In this document: in pieces, positions 1 to 14,372 of the stretch
Numbering within the stretch: position 1 is the stretch's first letter
How the letters are laid out: every line of letters starts with the position of its first letter
Source of the DNA: the human T2T-CHM13v2.0 reference genome, Homo sapiens
Assembly: GCF_009914755.1 (NCBI RefSeq)
Contig: NC_060933.1
Strand: one strand, 5' to 3'
DNA length: 64,000 nt
Translations under genes and position numbers: made by a program
Notes under the pieces: generated by a model
Databases searched by the model: none
What the model saw: the letters and a program-made list of their open reading frames with translations, nothing else
Told to the model about the DNA's origin: nothing

Positions 1-714
1 CAGAGGAGAGAGGTGCTGTATCTTCTAGTTTGGAGGCAGACAGAGAAAAGGAACTAGACATCGTCCTTTTGGCCAGCAATGTAATGGTTAGCACATCTAC
101 ACCCAGCTGGCTGCTTGGGTTTAAATAGATCTTTGCCCAAAATCATGGCACCTTCTCATTTTTGGAGGAAGTCAAGGTAACTCACTGAATGATCCTCTCC
201 TTTAACCTCAGAAGCTGTGGACCTTCATATTCTCCTTATGGCTGTTCCCTCCACGTTCCTGCCTTGCCACCTGTCATTTCCCATCAGGAATGTCCTCCCT
301 TCCCAGCACCCAGCACCCCCAGCCTCCCACTCCTTCTCCCTCCCCGAGATCCTTGTTCTCACTCCCTGTGGAGGCCCGTGATCAAGTGATGGGCTGCCAC
401 AGTCTTCCACGTTGGTGAATGTCAGCCCACTACTGAGAAACAGGTGGAGTTGCTGTCCCCACAGGAAGAGAAGCTCCCAAGGGCAGAGACCGAGTCTTAT
501 CCTCCTGGATCACCCCCATGGCGGCCAGAACTGTGAGGAGCCACACACAGTGACCTTCAGGGCCACCTCCTTGGCCATCCCCATCTCGTCCTATGGTCAC
601 TGTTTGTCACCTTTGTCACCACCATTACTACTGCCTTACAGAGGGCCCCCTCTGCCAGTCAGCATGTTTGGGTACAAGTGCAGAAACTGAATGCAGCTGA
701 GTCAAGAAGAAAAG

Positions 715-1022
<308 letters not shown>

Positions 1023-1194
1023 TTATCTATCTATCTATCTATCCCAGCGTGGCTCATAAGAGTCCTGCACAGGCTGGGGAGCCAGGCCTTCAGGGCTACC
1101 CCACAGGAACAACACCCCAAGCAAGGCCACCAAATGGGCTGGGGAGACACCAGACAGTGCTGCCCGTGCCCATGATGCTGCTGTCACATGTGGG

Positions 1195-1239
1195 CATGGT
1201 GCCGCCATCAACCATGCTGCCGCCATCAACCATGCTGCC
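1195..1239. repeat. 18-bp tandem repeat x2.5 (CATGCTGCCGCCATCAAC)
   Basis: Directly visible. Confidence 0.85.
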
Positions 1240-2770
1240 CTTCCACCCAGGAAGCAGGCCCTGCGGAGCTGCCAGGAAGTGCTCCAGGTCCTGCCTGTGA
1301 CTCCGACTCTGGACTCGCCTGGCAGGGGAAGCGCTGGTGGTGGGCCCAGCCCTGACTGTCATGGAAGCTAGGAAGGTGTTTTCAGCTTCTGGGGTGGGAG
1401 CCAGGGCGGGCATTCAGCGGCCCTTTCTCTGTTCTAGGCCTGTGGCCTGGGGCAAGGCCTCCCAGGGCCCTCCCCATGGGTGAGAGAAGCCACCATAGGA
1501 TATAGTGTGGAAAACACTGCTTGCAGGACAAGTATGGAAACCAGGTGGCATTGAGGACACATGGTCAGGTGAGAGGACGAGGTGAGATGGGAGCCAGAGT
1601 GCCATGGGAGGTTTGTGGGGAGGAGTGGCAGGGAGGGTGGTCAAGGGTGGAGGAGCCTTGGGCCACGAGGCAGAGGGCTCGTGTGGATCATGGAGAGAGC
1701 GCCTGCTTGGCCAAAGTCTGATGAGGGAGCAGTGGGGAACCTGGGTCCACTCATGCACCATCGCCTGCTGCCTCTCCAGGGCTCTGACCACAGGCCCTGC
1801 TGAAGCTCCTCCAAACACAGATGAGGCCCAACAGGGCTCAGGGCGCCCAGAGCCCAAGGAAAGGGGAGATGCAGCTCGGCAAGGGCCTTTGGGGAGCGAA
1901 CCTGACTCCACGCATTCATCTGAGAGTTCCCGGGCTGGGGGCTGCAGGGGAAACCCTCCCCTTCCAGGTTCCTGTAAGTGGCACCCAAATGGTACATGTC
2001 TATGAATAGACTTTAAAAGGGGAACATCCACGGCCTTTCTCCCCACCTAATTTCTCCCACACATTTATGTGATTAATTTCATTTTCTTAAAATCTAACAC
2101 CTTGAAACTACAGCCCTGCTCATGAGTAATTATTTATAAACAGTGTCATAAAAGGCTGCTGGACTGCCAAGAGTAATCAACTTCTTCCAACCACTTCAAA
2201 GGAAATCAAAAAACCTTTCCATCCACAGATCCTTTTGAGGTTTAACTAGGAGCATGATTTAAAATTCACAAGAAAACCCTTAGGTATTGGAGCTCTAATA
2301 CACAGCTTTCTTGGACAAACGTTTGATAAAAAACGAAACATACCATTATATACACCATCGCCTGCTTTAATATTGCCCAGGGCTACTGTAAATGCTCACT
2401 TTGTACTAAATCTGCCTTTCTGGCGGCGAAGGGGCTGCCAGCCCAAGTGCCGGGGCTCCCTCTGCTCCCTCGTGTGCTCGCTCACCGGGATGAGTCCGGG
2501 GCCTTCTTTCTCTCTACACCAGTCACCAGCCATGTCACTGTGTGTGGCAGTTAACCCCAGGCCCAGTAAGAGGAAGGGTTGAGGTCCTAGCTATAGTTAC
2601 CCCAGGCCGCTGCATGGCTGGAAGGGGGCACAATGATCTGACACACCAGCCCAGGGGAACAAAAACACACACTGGATGTCATGGGCCTCTCCAAGCCTCC
2701 CGCACTCTTCTAGGACACATGAGGATTGGGCTTAGCTGATTCGAGGCTTCTCCCACTCCTAGAAAATTCA

Positions 2771-3154
<384 letters not shown>

Positions 3155-3866
3155 TCACTTGTCCACAGAGGCGTGGGCAAAGAGAGAGAAACCCATGGGT
3201 GTCGCTCTCTTCTTTCCATTTCAGTGGTTGGGGCTTGAGCCAAAGGACAAAATGTTCTAATATCCATAAAAGCTGCCAGCTGAGGGCCTGCGGTGGAGTG
3301 CAGGGCTGTGGGAAACAAATGAACTCTCCAAAACAGTGGTTCCTGGGACCCAGTGACTCGACTCCCTGAGAGCATCCGGGCAAAAAGCTGGACTCAGCTA
3401 TTCAGGAGGACAGACCCCCCCGGCTGGAGGCTGGCCCCCAGCTAGAGACGGCACGAGGCAGGTCTGGAGCCTAAGCCTCTGCTCGAGAACAACAGAGCAG
3501 GTGCAGTGCAGAGAAAGGAGCAAGGGCTCCTTGGAGGGAGCTTCAGGAAAGCCCCAGACCTTCGGATGAAGGGAAAGGGGCACTAAGGAGGGTGGGAGGA
3601 GGAGACAAAGGCAGGGAGGTGGCAGCGGAGGTGGCTGTCCAGCCAACATCAACTGCACTCCATCCAAACCAGAAAGATGATGTTTAAACTTTAAAATTCT
3701 GATGAAGTGGATAGTTTGACATTGAAAATTAAAGCTGCACACAGAGGAGCAAGATCAAAACAAAGAGATGATTGAATCTGCCTCAAATTTCTTGAAATTC
3801 AAGGTTCTTGAGCTTCTAGGCTGGGGAACTAGGTAAGCCTTGAAGTAGCGGTTTAAGAACACAGAG

Positions 3867-4181
3867 GGCCAGGCACAGTGGTCCATGCCTGTAATCTCAA
3901 TGCTTTGGGAGGCCAAGGCAAGAGGATCACTTGAGCCTAGGAGCAGGGACCAGCCTGGGCAACATAGTGAAACCCCATCTCTACAAAAAATTTTTAAAAA
4001 TTAGCCAGGCGCAGTAGCATGCACCTGTAGTCCCAACTACTCAGGAGGCTGAGGCAGGAGGATCACTTGAGCCTAGGAGGTCAAGCCTGTAATGGGCTGT
4101 AATCTCCCCACTGCACTCCAGCCTGAGCAACAGAGACCCTGTCTCTAAAAAGAAAAATAAGAGGGAGAAAATAAAAAAAGA
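3867..4181 (+). mobile_element. Alu (J-like), TSD AAGAACACAG
   Basis: Dimer with J-type GGAGGATCACTTGAGCC right arm. Confidence 0.92.
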
Positions 4182-4280
4182 GAAGAACACAGGGCATGCA
4201 TGATTTTCAAACTAACAGTAGAAAATGTCAGTGCAACCTAATTTATGAGAGTTCAAGTGGTTACATTATTATCGAGCACA

Positions 4281-4976
<696 letters not shown>

Positions 4977-6927
4977 CAAGCACAATTTTTAATTTAGAAA
5001 AATCTATTAAGCTTTTTACTAGTGGAAACTAGACGTCATATTCCTGGAAGCTGCTACCCATGATGCATCAGGGATTTCCCATTCCTTCAGCCACTACTGA
5101 CCAGACCAGAGTTTCACAGCTTCTATCTGGGTTAACCAAACACATCCATTTCACAAACGAGGAAAGTGAGGCCAAAGAGAGCCACGATCTCTCACGTCTC
5201 TACATTTTAAGATGAGTGAGCTGCAGGGTCCCTGACAGTGGGGAGGGAGGTGGGGGGGTGGCAGGACAGAGGACTGTGCTGCACTGCACTTTCCACTCGC
5301 TCTTGGTTGACTTTTAGTCTTACTTTGTTTTTACTTTACTTTTACTCTACTTTTACTTTAGCTTTTACTTGGCTCTTATTTCACTTTTACTTTGTGTTTC
5401 CTTTTGCTTTGCTTTCCCTTTGCGGTCCATTCTTTCTCTGGTGGCGGTGTGAGATAGCTGCGTGTGGGCAGAGATGCTCTCCGCAGCCCTGGAATAACAG
5501 AGTTCAGCAGCACTCAAGCTCCCAGCACCCACTCGGCCTCAGGGTGGGGGCAGGGGGGAATGCAGGAACTACCTCCACTGGCAAATGGAGTCAGTGAGGC
5601 CTGGGGGCGAGCCTAGGTCTGCAGCAGTAAGGACCACTCAGGAGCGCAGGGTAGGCTTAACATCCACCCTAAGAGCAGGTGATGAATCTGGGGAGACAGA
5701 ACCTCCCACCTGTACCATGTAATAAACAGCCAACCAGAGAAAGGAGGTCTCTAAGAGTCGCTGCAGGGCAGAGTAAACTGCACCAGGAAGGTGGGTTTGG
5801 GGAGAAGGCAAATCAGACACGGGGAAGGGGGTCCCAAGGCCACCCCAGCACCGCACCACCCCCGCCTGGGCATATAGGACGCTCAGTCAACATCCGCTGA
5901 ACAAGGGAATGTCTAGTGAATCAGCCATTTGCACCTAACCAGAGGCTCAGAAAAGGGCCTTTTTGTTGGCCCTTTGTGGGGTCTCTCTCTGTACCTGCCT
6001 GCCTAGGTCCATGCAATGGCATCGGGACCCAAGATTCCCTTACTCTGCTGCTCCGCAGCCAGGCCTGGATGCGTCAGGACTTGCATGTGGGGCACAAGGA
6101 AAAGGCTTGGAACCTCCTTTCTTTTTTTTAACTACCTAGTGTCATTTCTCACCTTGGGCCTTCTGAACCTCCACACAGGGCATCTCTGGGCTCTGTCCTC
6201 AGCTGTACCAAGCACTAATTTCACTGGTGCACTGGTAGCTCCTTCAAAGCAGCTAATGCTCCAACGAAAGAAACATAAAAGCTCCAAGACATCGGTCCTC
6301 CCCAACAGCTCACAAAGGACAGGACTGATCCTCCACTTGGCAAATGGACCATGGAGTGGAGTGAGGGGCCTTCCTTGAGTGAGCGCCTCCCTCCTCCCCA
6401 GTTCTGTGCTCCGGCCTTGGGTCAGGCTGACCTGCACCGGCCAACTGCAAAGGTTTGGGGAGCTCGGAAACTCATTAACAGGCTCCGATAATGAGACCGT
6501 CGGAAAAGCCCAAGAGCTTGCCTGTCTAGGTAGACCAGAAACCAAACTTACACCTGACAAGTGGAGTGATCAGAGAGCTGAAACCCAACAGGCGACATCA
6601 GCTAGGGCAGGCGAAAGCATTAATAATTGATTCCATGGGTCATTCTGGGGTTTTCATTTTAATAACTTGGCAAGAGAATTTTTATAAGTTGTGCTCCAAA
6701 AGAAATCAAGGCATTTTTCAATGAACCACCACCTCAAGTTGATGAAACCCCTCCCTTCTGACCTCCCTTCAGACACAGGTAGGACAGAATGGTGCTCAGC
6801 TATTCTCGGGATGGGGCAGGGTTCCTGGAGAGGAAGAGGAGGAGGAGGCAGAGGAGTCAGGGAAGAAGGGGAAGGAGGAGGAGGGGAAGGGAAGACGAGG
6901 AGGGGAAGAGCCCCAGCCAGTGCTCAC

Positions 6928-7012
6928 CATTGTCGTTGTCTCTATGCAAGTGCTGGATCATGAAGGGGATGGGATCTTCGGGCTGGTGGATCAGGAGTTG
7001 CTCCAGCATGTT
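6928..7012 (-). CDS. AK8: Adenylate kinase 8, coding exon 2 ([28 protein letters not shown]+1 nt); gene continues beyond left edge
   Basis: CAG acceptor 7015-7013, GTGAG donor 6927-6923; 85 nt in frame with exon 1; peptide recognised as AK8 N-terminus. Confidence 0.95.
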
Positions 7013-8269
7013 CTGTGGGTGCAGGGCAGACACCCAGGTGGTTAATACCTGCAAGGGCACCTGGTCACCACAGATACCAGCTATGGGGCCTGCTCTCTCC
7101 ACTGCACCCCACCAAACATGCCTTCAACCTGGGACCCAGCCACCGCCCCAGCTGGCATCTGCTTGGGTCCCCATGAGCAGAGGCATGAGGGGGGCCACGT
7201 GGTGCTGCTGCGGAGGCACCTATGGGGAGGCAGAAGTGGAGGAGTCTCGCCCCTGATTCAGAGCAGGCAGTCCAGGGCTCTCTCCCCTGGGGCCCTTTGA
7301 GCTTCCCAGACCAGCCTTCTCCAAGTTCTCAAGCATCACCATTCCCCTCAGAGCCTTAGCAGATGCTGTTCCCTCAGCTTGGAAGCTTCTGCCTTGTCCT
7401 CATCCTGGCTAACTTCTGCTCAGTCTCAGATCTCAATGGGAACATACCTTCCTGAGTATGTGCACTACGTAAATATGTCAGATGCTCCTGCACCTGCCTG
7501 CGGGCATCGCCCTGTTCCATGCCTCACCCTGTCCCTACTCACCAGGCCACCATCCCCCCGGCAGGCCATGGGTTCTGTGGGCCTCCTTGTCTGCCTAGAG
7601 CCCTTGGCACCCCAATACCTGGCAGTCATAGCAGATGCCCAGCGCAGATGTTTGCTGGGGAACATGACCGTCACCACTAACTGTGTCTCTCCAGAATGGA
7701 ACAGAATGTTACCAGCCAGATTTCTAAATAGTCCTGGGATATTCTGGCCATTTCATCCAATCAGGCAAGCATATCAAGAGAAAGCAGCTTCTGGGGTTGC
7801 AGAACCCTAGGCAGAGAAATGAGGAGGAGCTCATAGCAGCTGTGCTGCTGCAATAAGGGGTATCCTTGAGCCCCAGGGACAAGGAGGGAGGGGCTGTAGC
7901 CCTCTTGGAGTGAAGGGAGTGTGGGGCAGGGAAAGAGCACCGAGCCATGAGAAGTCTTGGTTCCAGCCCCACTGTATCTCATCAGCAAGTCCCTTCCCTT
8001 CTCTGGGCCTCAGCTTCTCTGCCTGTTCAGTAGCACAGCTGGAGTGAATTCATGTTTGTATGTCACTGGTGCGATGATGGAATGAGATGATTTTAGATGG
8101 TTCACACATAAATATTTTACATTTCATGTTTAAATCATTGTGTATTTAATGTGTATTAGAAATATAAGTACATCAAATCAATAATTTCAAGGATATCACT
8201 TAGGATGAGGCAAAAGCGGCTATTTAATTTTTTAAAAGGTGAGTTGATTTAAACAAGTGATTAGTTTAA

Positions 8270-8550
8270 ATGGAGGTGCAGTAGCGGTTATGCAAATCTG
8301 TACATGTGATACAACTGCACAGAACTGTATGCACAACAAAAACATCAATGCAGGTAAAAATGGAGGAAATCCAAACAAGGCCTACAGTTCAGGTAATCCT
8401 ATTGTACCAATGCCAGTTTCCTGGTTTTGACAATGTGCTACAGTTATGTTAGATGTTATCACGGGGGCAATGTGGGAGGGGAGACCAGAAATCCATACTA
8501 TTTTTTAACTTCCTGTGAATCTAACATTATTTTAAAATCAAAAGTATAAA
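8270..8550 (+). mobile_element. Old L1 (L1MC/ME-like) 3' fragment
   Basis: GTTTCCTGGTTTTGACAATGTGCTACAGTTATG...CTTCCTGTGAATCTA resembles L1M 3'UTR. Confidence 0.6.
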
Positions 8551-8627
8551 AAATGGAAATGGTCAAAAACATGGAGGGAATCCACAGATGACTAAGGACT
8601 GGAAATACTGGACTGAAAGCTTTCTTG

Positions 8628-8890
8628 TTGGGAGGCCGAGGCAGAAGGACTGTTTGAGCCCAGGAGTTCAAGACCAGTCCGGGCAACATAGCAAGACCTC
8701 GTCTGTACTAAAATTAAAAAAAAAACATTAGCCAGGTATGGTGGCCTGCACCTGTAGTCTCGGCTACTCTGGAGGGACTAAGGCAGAAGGATTGCTTGAG
8801 CCCAGGAGTTCAAGGCTGCAGTAAGCCATGATTGTATCACTGCACTCCAGCCTGGGCAGCAGTGCAAGACCCTGTTTCAAAATCAATAAA
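8628..8890 (+). mobile_element. Alu (J-like, 5' truncated)
   Basis: Alu consensus. Confidence 0.9.
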
Positions 8891-9984
8891 AGCTTTCCTG
8901 GGCAATTCCTCCAACAATCAATGTGGAAAACACACCAGGTTCTCTAGAGCAGACAACAGGGCTCCAGATGATCCCCCATCCTGCCCTGACCTGCTGACTT
9001 CTAACCCAGCTAGCTATTTGATTTGTGATTGGCCACTCAAGCAGTTTTAGGAATCTCTTGCTCTCCCTCTATCAGTTAACACTTTCCGAGGGAAATGTGT
9101 TTGATGGAGGTGCAGACACGGGTTTCTTCGTCTGGGCTCAGCTGTCTAGTGTGCAGGGCAGAACCTCAAATGACCACAGACACCACTATGCCCTCCATGC
9201 CATGCCCCTGGGGATGGGGTGTACCCTGGGAAGCAGACAAATGATCTGAAAACTGAGCTCCAGCTTCCCCTTGCCTCTCAGAACCTTTGAGTGGCTGAGA
9301 GTTCTTCCCCTCCAGCTCCTGAAAGCCTTGACCTCCACCACGTGCAAAAGGGAAAACTGGGGCCCTGGCGGGGACGGGGCCTCGCCCAAAGTCACACGGT
9401 GAGCTGGGGGCCCAGTCAGGCCTGGAGCCAGAATGAGAGCTTCGGAGCTGCCGGGGACGTCTGGCCCTGAGGAGGAGGGACCAAGGTGGGAGATGCTGCT
9501 GTCCCAGAGGCGGCCCTCTCTGAGGATGGAGATGCCAGCTTGAACTCGGACAATGCCCACCTCAGAAACCTGGGCCGAGAGGCTCCCCACAAATTCGACA
9601 GATGGTAATTGTCAGCGCCGGGAGAGCCCCTGGGAGACCACCTCTTGCAACCTGGCATTTCACAGGTGGGGAAACCGAGAAAAGGAAAGGACTGGTTCCA
9701 GACCATAAGGCCCGCTGGCGGCACAGCCAGGACCAAATCCCGGCTCGAGTGGCCCCCTTCCTCCCCCTGGGTCCGCCTGAGGCAAACCCGGGCAGGACCA
9801 GGAGCGTCCCCAGCTCGAGGGCCCCCTCGGGGTCACGGCGACACACGAATCGTACATCCCGAGTTGGGCTGCTTCGTGGGCGCGCGACTCGGCCCCAGCT
9901 GCGGGTCCCGGCCGCGCACCCGACGTCGCAGTGGAGGCTCCCGAGCCGCCGCCAGCGTCGCGACGGGCAGGGGTGTCCGGTCAC

Positions 9985-10068
9985 CTGCATCAACTCGAAG
10001 ATGTGGTTCTCCTCCCCGTACTGGGGCATCTCGGGGGGGATACGGTGCGGGGCGATAGTGGCGTCCAT
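9985..10068 (-). CDS. AK8: Adenylate kinase 8, coding part of exon 1 ([28 protein letters not shown])
   Basis: ATG at 10068 in CpG island, 84 nt, GTGA donor 9984-9981; recognised AK8 N-terminus. Confidence 0.95.
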
Positions 10069-10087
10069 GTAGCCGTCTCGGCTCGCC

Positions 10088-10100
10088 GCTCCCTAGTAAC
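10088..10100. promoter_or_regulatory. Putative RFX X-box (GCTCCCTAGTAAC)
   Basis: Resembles GTTNCC-ATGGNAAC X-box with an intact RGYAAC half; 20 bp upstream of AK8 ATG; both flanking genes are axonemal. Confidence 0.5.
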
Positions 10101-10639
10101 CGCGTCGCTAGGGCCGCCGCGCCGACTGCGTCATCAGCACGCGCCGCGGCCCCGCCCTGCAGGCTCCGCGCCGGGCCCAGATACCCGATCCTCGGTCGCG
10201 CGGGTCGCCCCCGCCCCGACCTCCCCGGCTGACGCGCTCTGCGGCTCGGGCAAGTTCTTTCCCCAACCCCGGCCTCGCTTTTCCCATTTGCGCATCTTAG
10301 CGGGGGACACCCTCAGGTGGCTTCCAGCTGGGCCTCCTCGTATCTGAGACCCCCGACGAAACCCAGAAGGGGCAAGTCGGCCCTCCGAGGGGACGGGAGG
10401 CAGAACCTGCTTCTGGTTCTGTCAGTGCTCCCCGGCCCGGCTCCCTGTGCCTCAGTTTACCCATCTTTAAAACAGACGCGGGAATAAATGTGGGGGAGGG
10501 TGTTTGAAGGGGGAGGGGCGTCCATGAGATGGGCCGGAGGTTCGAGGATCGGGTGGAAATCCTCAGCCCAACTCCTAGAGTCGAGCCCCGGTAGACCCCT
10601 CCCAGCTCCCCGGCTCTGGCCAAGCCGCCAAGTGACCCG

Positions 10640-10662
10640 ATTGCTATGGCACCGGCGGTAAC
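10640..10662. promoter_or_regulatory. Putative RFX X-box (ATTGCTATGGCACC) plus GGTAAC half site
   Basis: 11/14 match to GTTGCCATGGCAAC, upstream of likely SPACA9 exon 1. Confidence 0.5.
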
Positions 10663-10719
10663 AATCACGCCCGCGGCCCCGCCCCTTCTCGCCCGACGTC
10701 CCCACCCACCCTCGCCTCC

Positions 10720-10827
10720 CAAGTCCTGGAACGGGCCTCCCCACCCTCCGGGGCACCGACACTCACGGAGTCACTCCAACTTCTCTGGGTGCTCCGTGGA
10801 GCGAAGAGCGCTCTAGGACAAGCAAGG
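10720..10827 (+). other. SPACA9: Probable SPACA9 non-coding first exon (start approximate)
   Basis: Candidate donor AGG|GTAAAC at 10828 at the CpG island edge; the next exon starts with an acceptor, so an upstream UTR exon is required. Confidence 0.5.
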
Positions 10828-11199
10828 GTAAACAGGGATGAGTGTGGGTGGGCCCACTCGGACCCCACCCCGGCCTCTGGGTCAGAAACTGGAAGCTGGG
10901 GTGGAGGATGGAAAGATGGAGGGGTCCGGAGGATGGAGGGGCCTGCACAGCTGTCTCGGGGTGGGGGCGAGGGGAAGGTTCGCGCTGGAGACGGAGCTTT
11001 TTAAGTCGTATGAATTCCCAGTGGTACGGGGCAGCTTGATATTTTATTAGTCGCAACACTGAATTGGGATCTCTAGCTCTTGTCTGTTGCCGTTAATCGT
11101 AGGAGCTGTAAGAGTTTGTTGAACTCTTTGTGCTCTCGGCAAAATTCTGTTGTCTCTGTACCTTATGGAGAGGGAAAATGGCACAGTCAATGCAGACAG

Positions 11200-11700
11200 C
11201 CCCAGCTTCAAGTTCTGGCTCCGCTTCTTACTGTGTGAGCTTGGCAAACTCTCTGCTTGCTCCGTGCCTCACTTTCCTCCCCTGTGAAGAGGGAACTGCT
11301 GAAGGATTTCAGGAGCTAATGTATTGGAGAGTAATTGGCATGCAGTAAGCACACAATATATGGGGCTACTATTAGTAGTAGTATCTCATTTAATCGTTCC
11401 AACAATCCTGTGAAATAGGCACCTTCATTCCCATTTTACAGATGAGAAGTTGGAGGATTAGAACAATGAGGAGTGGTTGGCTGGGTAACTTTGGGTGAGT
11501 CACTTCCCCTTTCTGGGCTTCTTTTCTCATCAGTTGTTGATCATACAGCCTTAGAACCAGAAGGCCTCTTGAAGAAGAGGCTAATCCAAACTCTCTCATT
11601 TGACAGATGGATAAACTGAGGCCCAGAAAAGGGGGAAATCTTGGCTAGGGCCACTGGTTAGATTGGGCAGAGCCAGGGCATGAACTCTGCATCCAGGCTC
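11200..11700. mobile_element. MIR fragments in both orientations
   Basis: MIR core motifs CCCATTTTACAGATGAG, AAACTGAGGCCCAGA, CCTCACTTTCCTCCCCTGT. Confidence 0.7.
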
Positions 11701-12549
11701 CAGCTAAAGCCCTTTTCTACCAGCCATCAGCCCAGAGACATGCCCTCCCAACGTAAAAGCCAGCACTGTTGCCTCTTCCCCTCCAAACCGCTTCCTCAAA
11801 GTGTGTACACCTTGGTAGGCTTGTCAAACCCAACTGTAAAGATAGCTGGGGAAGAAAAGGAAGCTGCCTCCCCCTGAGCAAAGAACACAACAGCCATGCC
11901 TGCCATTTGCACTGGAGAGGTTTGTTTTGCTTCCTGGACATTTCTGAAATGACTTGCCTTTCTCCTCATTTATTTTAAGCCCTAGGCGCTTTTCCTACCA
12001 TGATTCAATCTTCTTTAGCAGCCTGGAAAAATACAAATCAATTAAAGCCTAAAACCTATGGGTAATCATTTTTTTCCTCCCTCCTCCCCCAGATCGAGAA
12101 GTGCCCGTCCCCTGTGCCCTTCATCCACACTAATTTGGCTGCAGTGGCTCTCGTTCAAGGGACGATCACTTCGGATAGCTTATTACAGCTCCTCTCATGA
12201 CATTCCTGGCGTGCATGTCACAAGTTGCTAGGATCAAGAACAGAGTCAGTTCCTCTCAACCACTACCAACCACAGCTCCCACCATGATGAGGGAAAAGCC
12301 AGGCCGAAAGGGCACACGCCCTTTCTCCCTGGAACTCCACCTATGTGCTCTCTCTCACTTTTCTGGAGCTTCACCTTTGAGTCATTTGTAAGCCCTGGGC
12401 CAACATTAGGGCAAGGCAAGTGATGCACCCTCAGCACAAAACTTAAGGGAGTGCCGGCAATTCAATCATTGAGGTGGATGTTTTTCACGTTTTAATGCAA
12501 TATATTTTAAAAATCAAAAATAATGCTGCCTAAAATCCATTTAGAATAA

Positions 12550-12935
<386 letters not shown>

Positions 12936-12968
12936 CAGCAATCTTTTCTTTACAAATTCTGATGTTGC

Positions 12969-13286
12969 CAGCTCATGCTTCTAATCCCAGCACATTGGGA
13001 GGCTGAGGTGGGAGGATCGCTGGAGCCCAGGAGTTCGAGACCAGCCTGAGCAACATAGGGAGACCCCATCTCTACAAAAAAAAAGAAAAAAAAAAAAGAA
13101 AAAAAAGAAGAAAAAAAAAAAAAGAAAAAAGGTAGTCAGGCATGGTGGCACATACCTGAGGTCCCAGCTACTCAAGAGGCTGAGGCGGGAGGATCACTTG
13201 AGCCCAGGAGGTCAAGATTGCAGTGAGTCGTGATCACAGCACCACACTCCAGCCTGGGTGAAAGAGCAAGACCCATTCTTTAAAAA
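12969..13286 (+). mobile_element. Alu (J-like) with expanded ~55-nt A-rich linker
   Basis: Alu consensus. Confidence 0.9.
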
Positions 13287-13296
13287 ACGTTTTTGG

Positions 13297-13640
13297 GGCT
13301 GGGTACAGTGGCTCATGCCTATCATCCCAGCACTTTCGGAGGCTGAGAAAGGGAGATCACTTGAGGCCAGGAGTTCAAGACCAGCCTAGCTGACGTGGTG
13401 AAATTCCATCTCTACTAAAAATACAAAAAATAGCCAGGTGTAGTGGCACCCACCTGTAATCCCAGCTACTCAAGATGCTTTTTTTTTTTTTTGAGACAGG
13501 GTCTCACTGTGTCACCCAGGTTGGAGTGCAGTACTGCGATCATGGCTCACTGCAGCCTTGACCTCCTGGGTTCAAGCGATCCTCCTGCCTCAGCCTCCCA
13601 AAGTGCTGGGATTATAGGCATGAGCCACTGTGCCTGGCCT
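13297..13640. mobile_element. Partial Alu (+, 13297-13474) abutting an Alu monomer (-, 13478-13640)
   Basis: Alu consensus fragments. Confidence 0.85.
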
Positions 13641-14275
13641 ATTTTCATCTTGATTGCCGAGTTTTTTGGCGCCTCCTTAAGTTTTGCATGGGGGCAAGTG
13701 TCTCCCTCACCTCACCCTAGTTGGTCCTGGGTGAGCCGGACACCACGGGAGGCACAACAGGAAACCACTGTGCGTGAGTCAGCATGTCTGCTCCATGTGG
13801 CAGGGACCAGCCAAGGATATGGCAGGTGTCAATAAACCATGGACCCCCCATCTCATTCCCCACCTTCAGCTCTCCTTTCCATAGGAGGTTGAGCTGGAAA
13901 GAGGCCCCTGCCCTGCCTGCCCTGGCCCAGGCCCACCCCCAGGGCAGCTGCGACTGTCCCTGTGTCTGTTGACAGTCACAGTGCTGTGGCTCTGCTGCAG
14001 AAGCATACTCTCTTGTCTTTCCAGGAGACTCACTCAGTGGCTCTTAAGGTGGCTCCTCTAAGGCAGCCTTGCTGGCTTTTGGCTCCAGGGATAGAGGCTC
14101 CATGGCTGGGCTCCATCTTGCTAAAGGGCCTCTTCCCCAGCCTCCTCCAAGTGCTCTGATGTACCACCCCCATCATCTCGCGGAGGCCATCTCCTGGTCT
14201 GTTCTTGTGTTTCCTTTCATTCCTCTGATGCCATCTCTTCTTGCATCAACTGGGATGCTCCCCCTACCCTGCCTC

Positions 14276-14372
14276 TTTTTTTTTTTTTTTTTGAGTCAGG
14301 GTCTCCCTGTGTCCTAGGCTGGAGTGCAGTACTGCGATCATGGCTCACTGGAGCCTTGACCTCCTGGGTTCA
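14276..14372 (-). mobile_element. Alu 3' fragment
   Basis: Poly-T plus Alu right-arm end. Confidence 0.85.

Larger units (their letters stand above)
9700..10900. promoter_or_regulatory. CpG island / bidirectional promoter of AK8 (-) and SPACA9 (+)
   Basis: Dense CpG and GC; GC boxes (CCCCGCCC ~10150, 10208, 10677); CRE-like half sites TGCGTCA/TGACGC (~10127, 10230); lies between divergent first exons. Confidence 0.9.

Noticed and set aside
1414-2046. 210 aa minus-strand ORF and overlapping ORFs in AK8 intron 2
   Set aside because: Non-ATG start, no recognisable domain, no supporting exon structure; chance ORFs in GC-rich DNA
5305-5425. Hydrophobic 119 aa ORF over a T-rich tract
   Set aside because: Low-complexity (TTTTAC-like) sequence produces Phe/Leu/Tyr bias
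9562-10347. Long ORFs on both strands of the CpG island, including a 168 aa read-through of AK8 exon 1
   Set aside because: Stop-codon scarcity in GC-rich DNA; AK8 similarity ends at the donor at 9984
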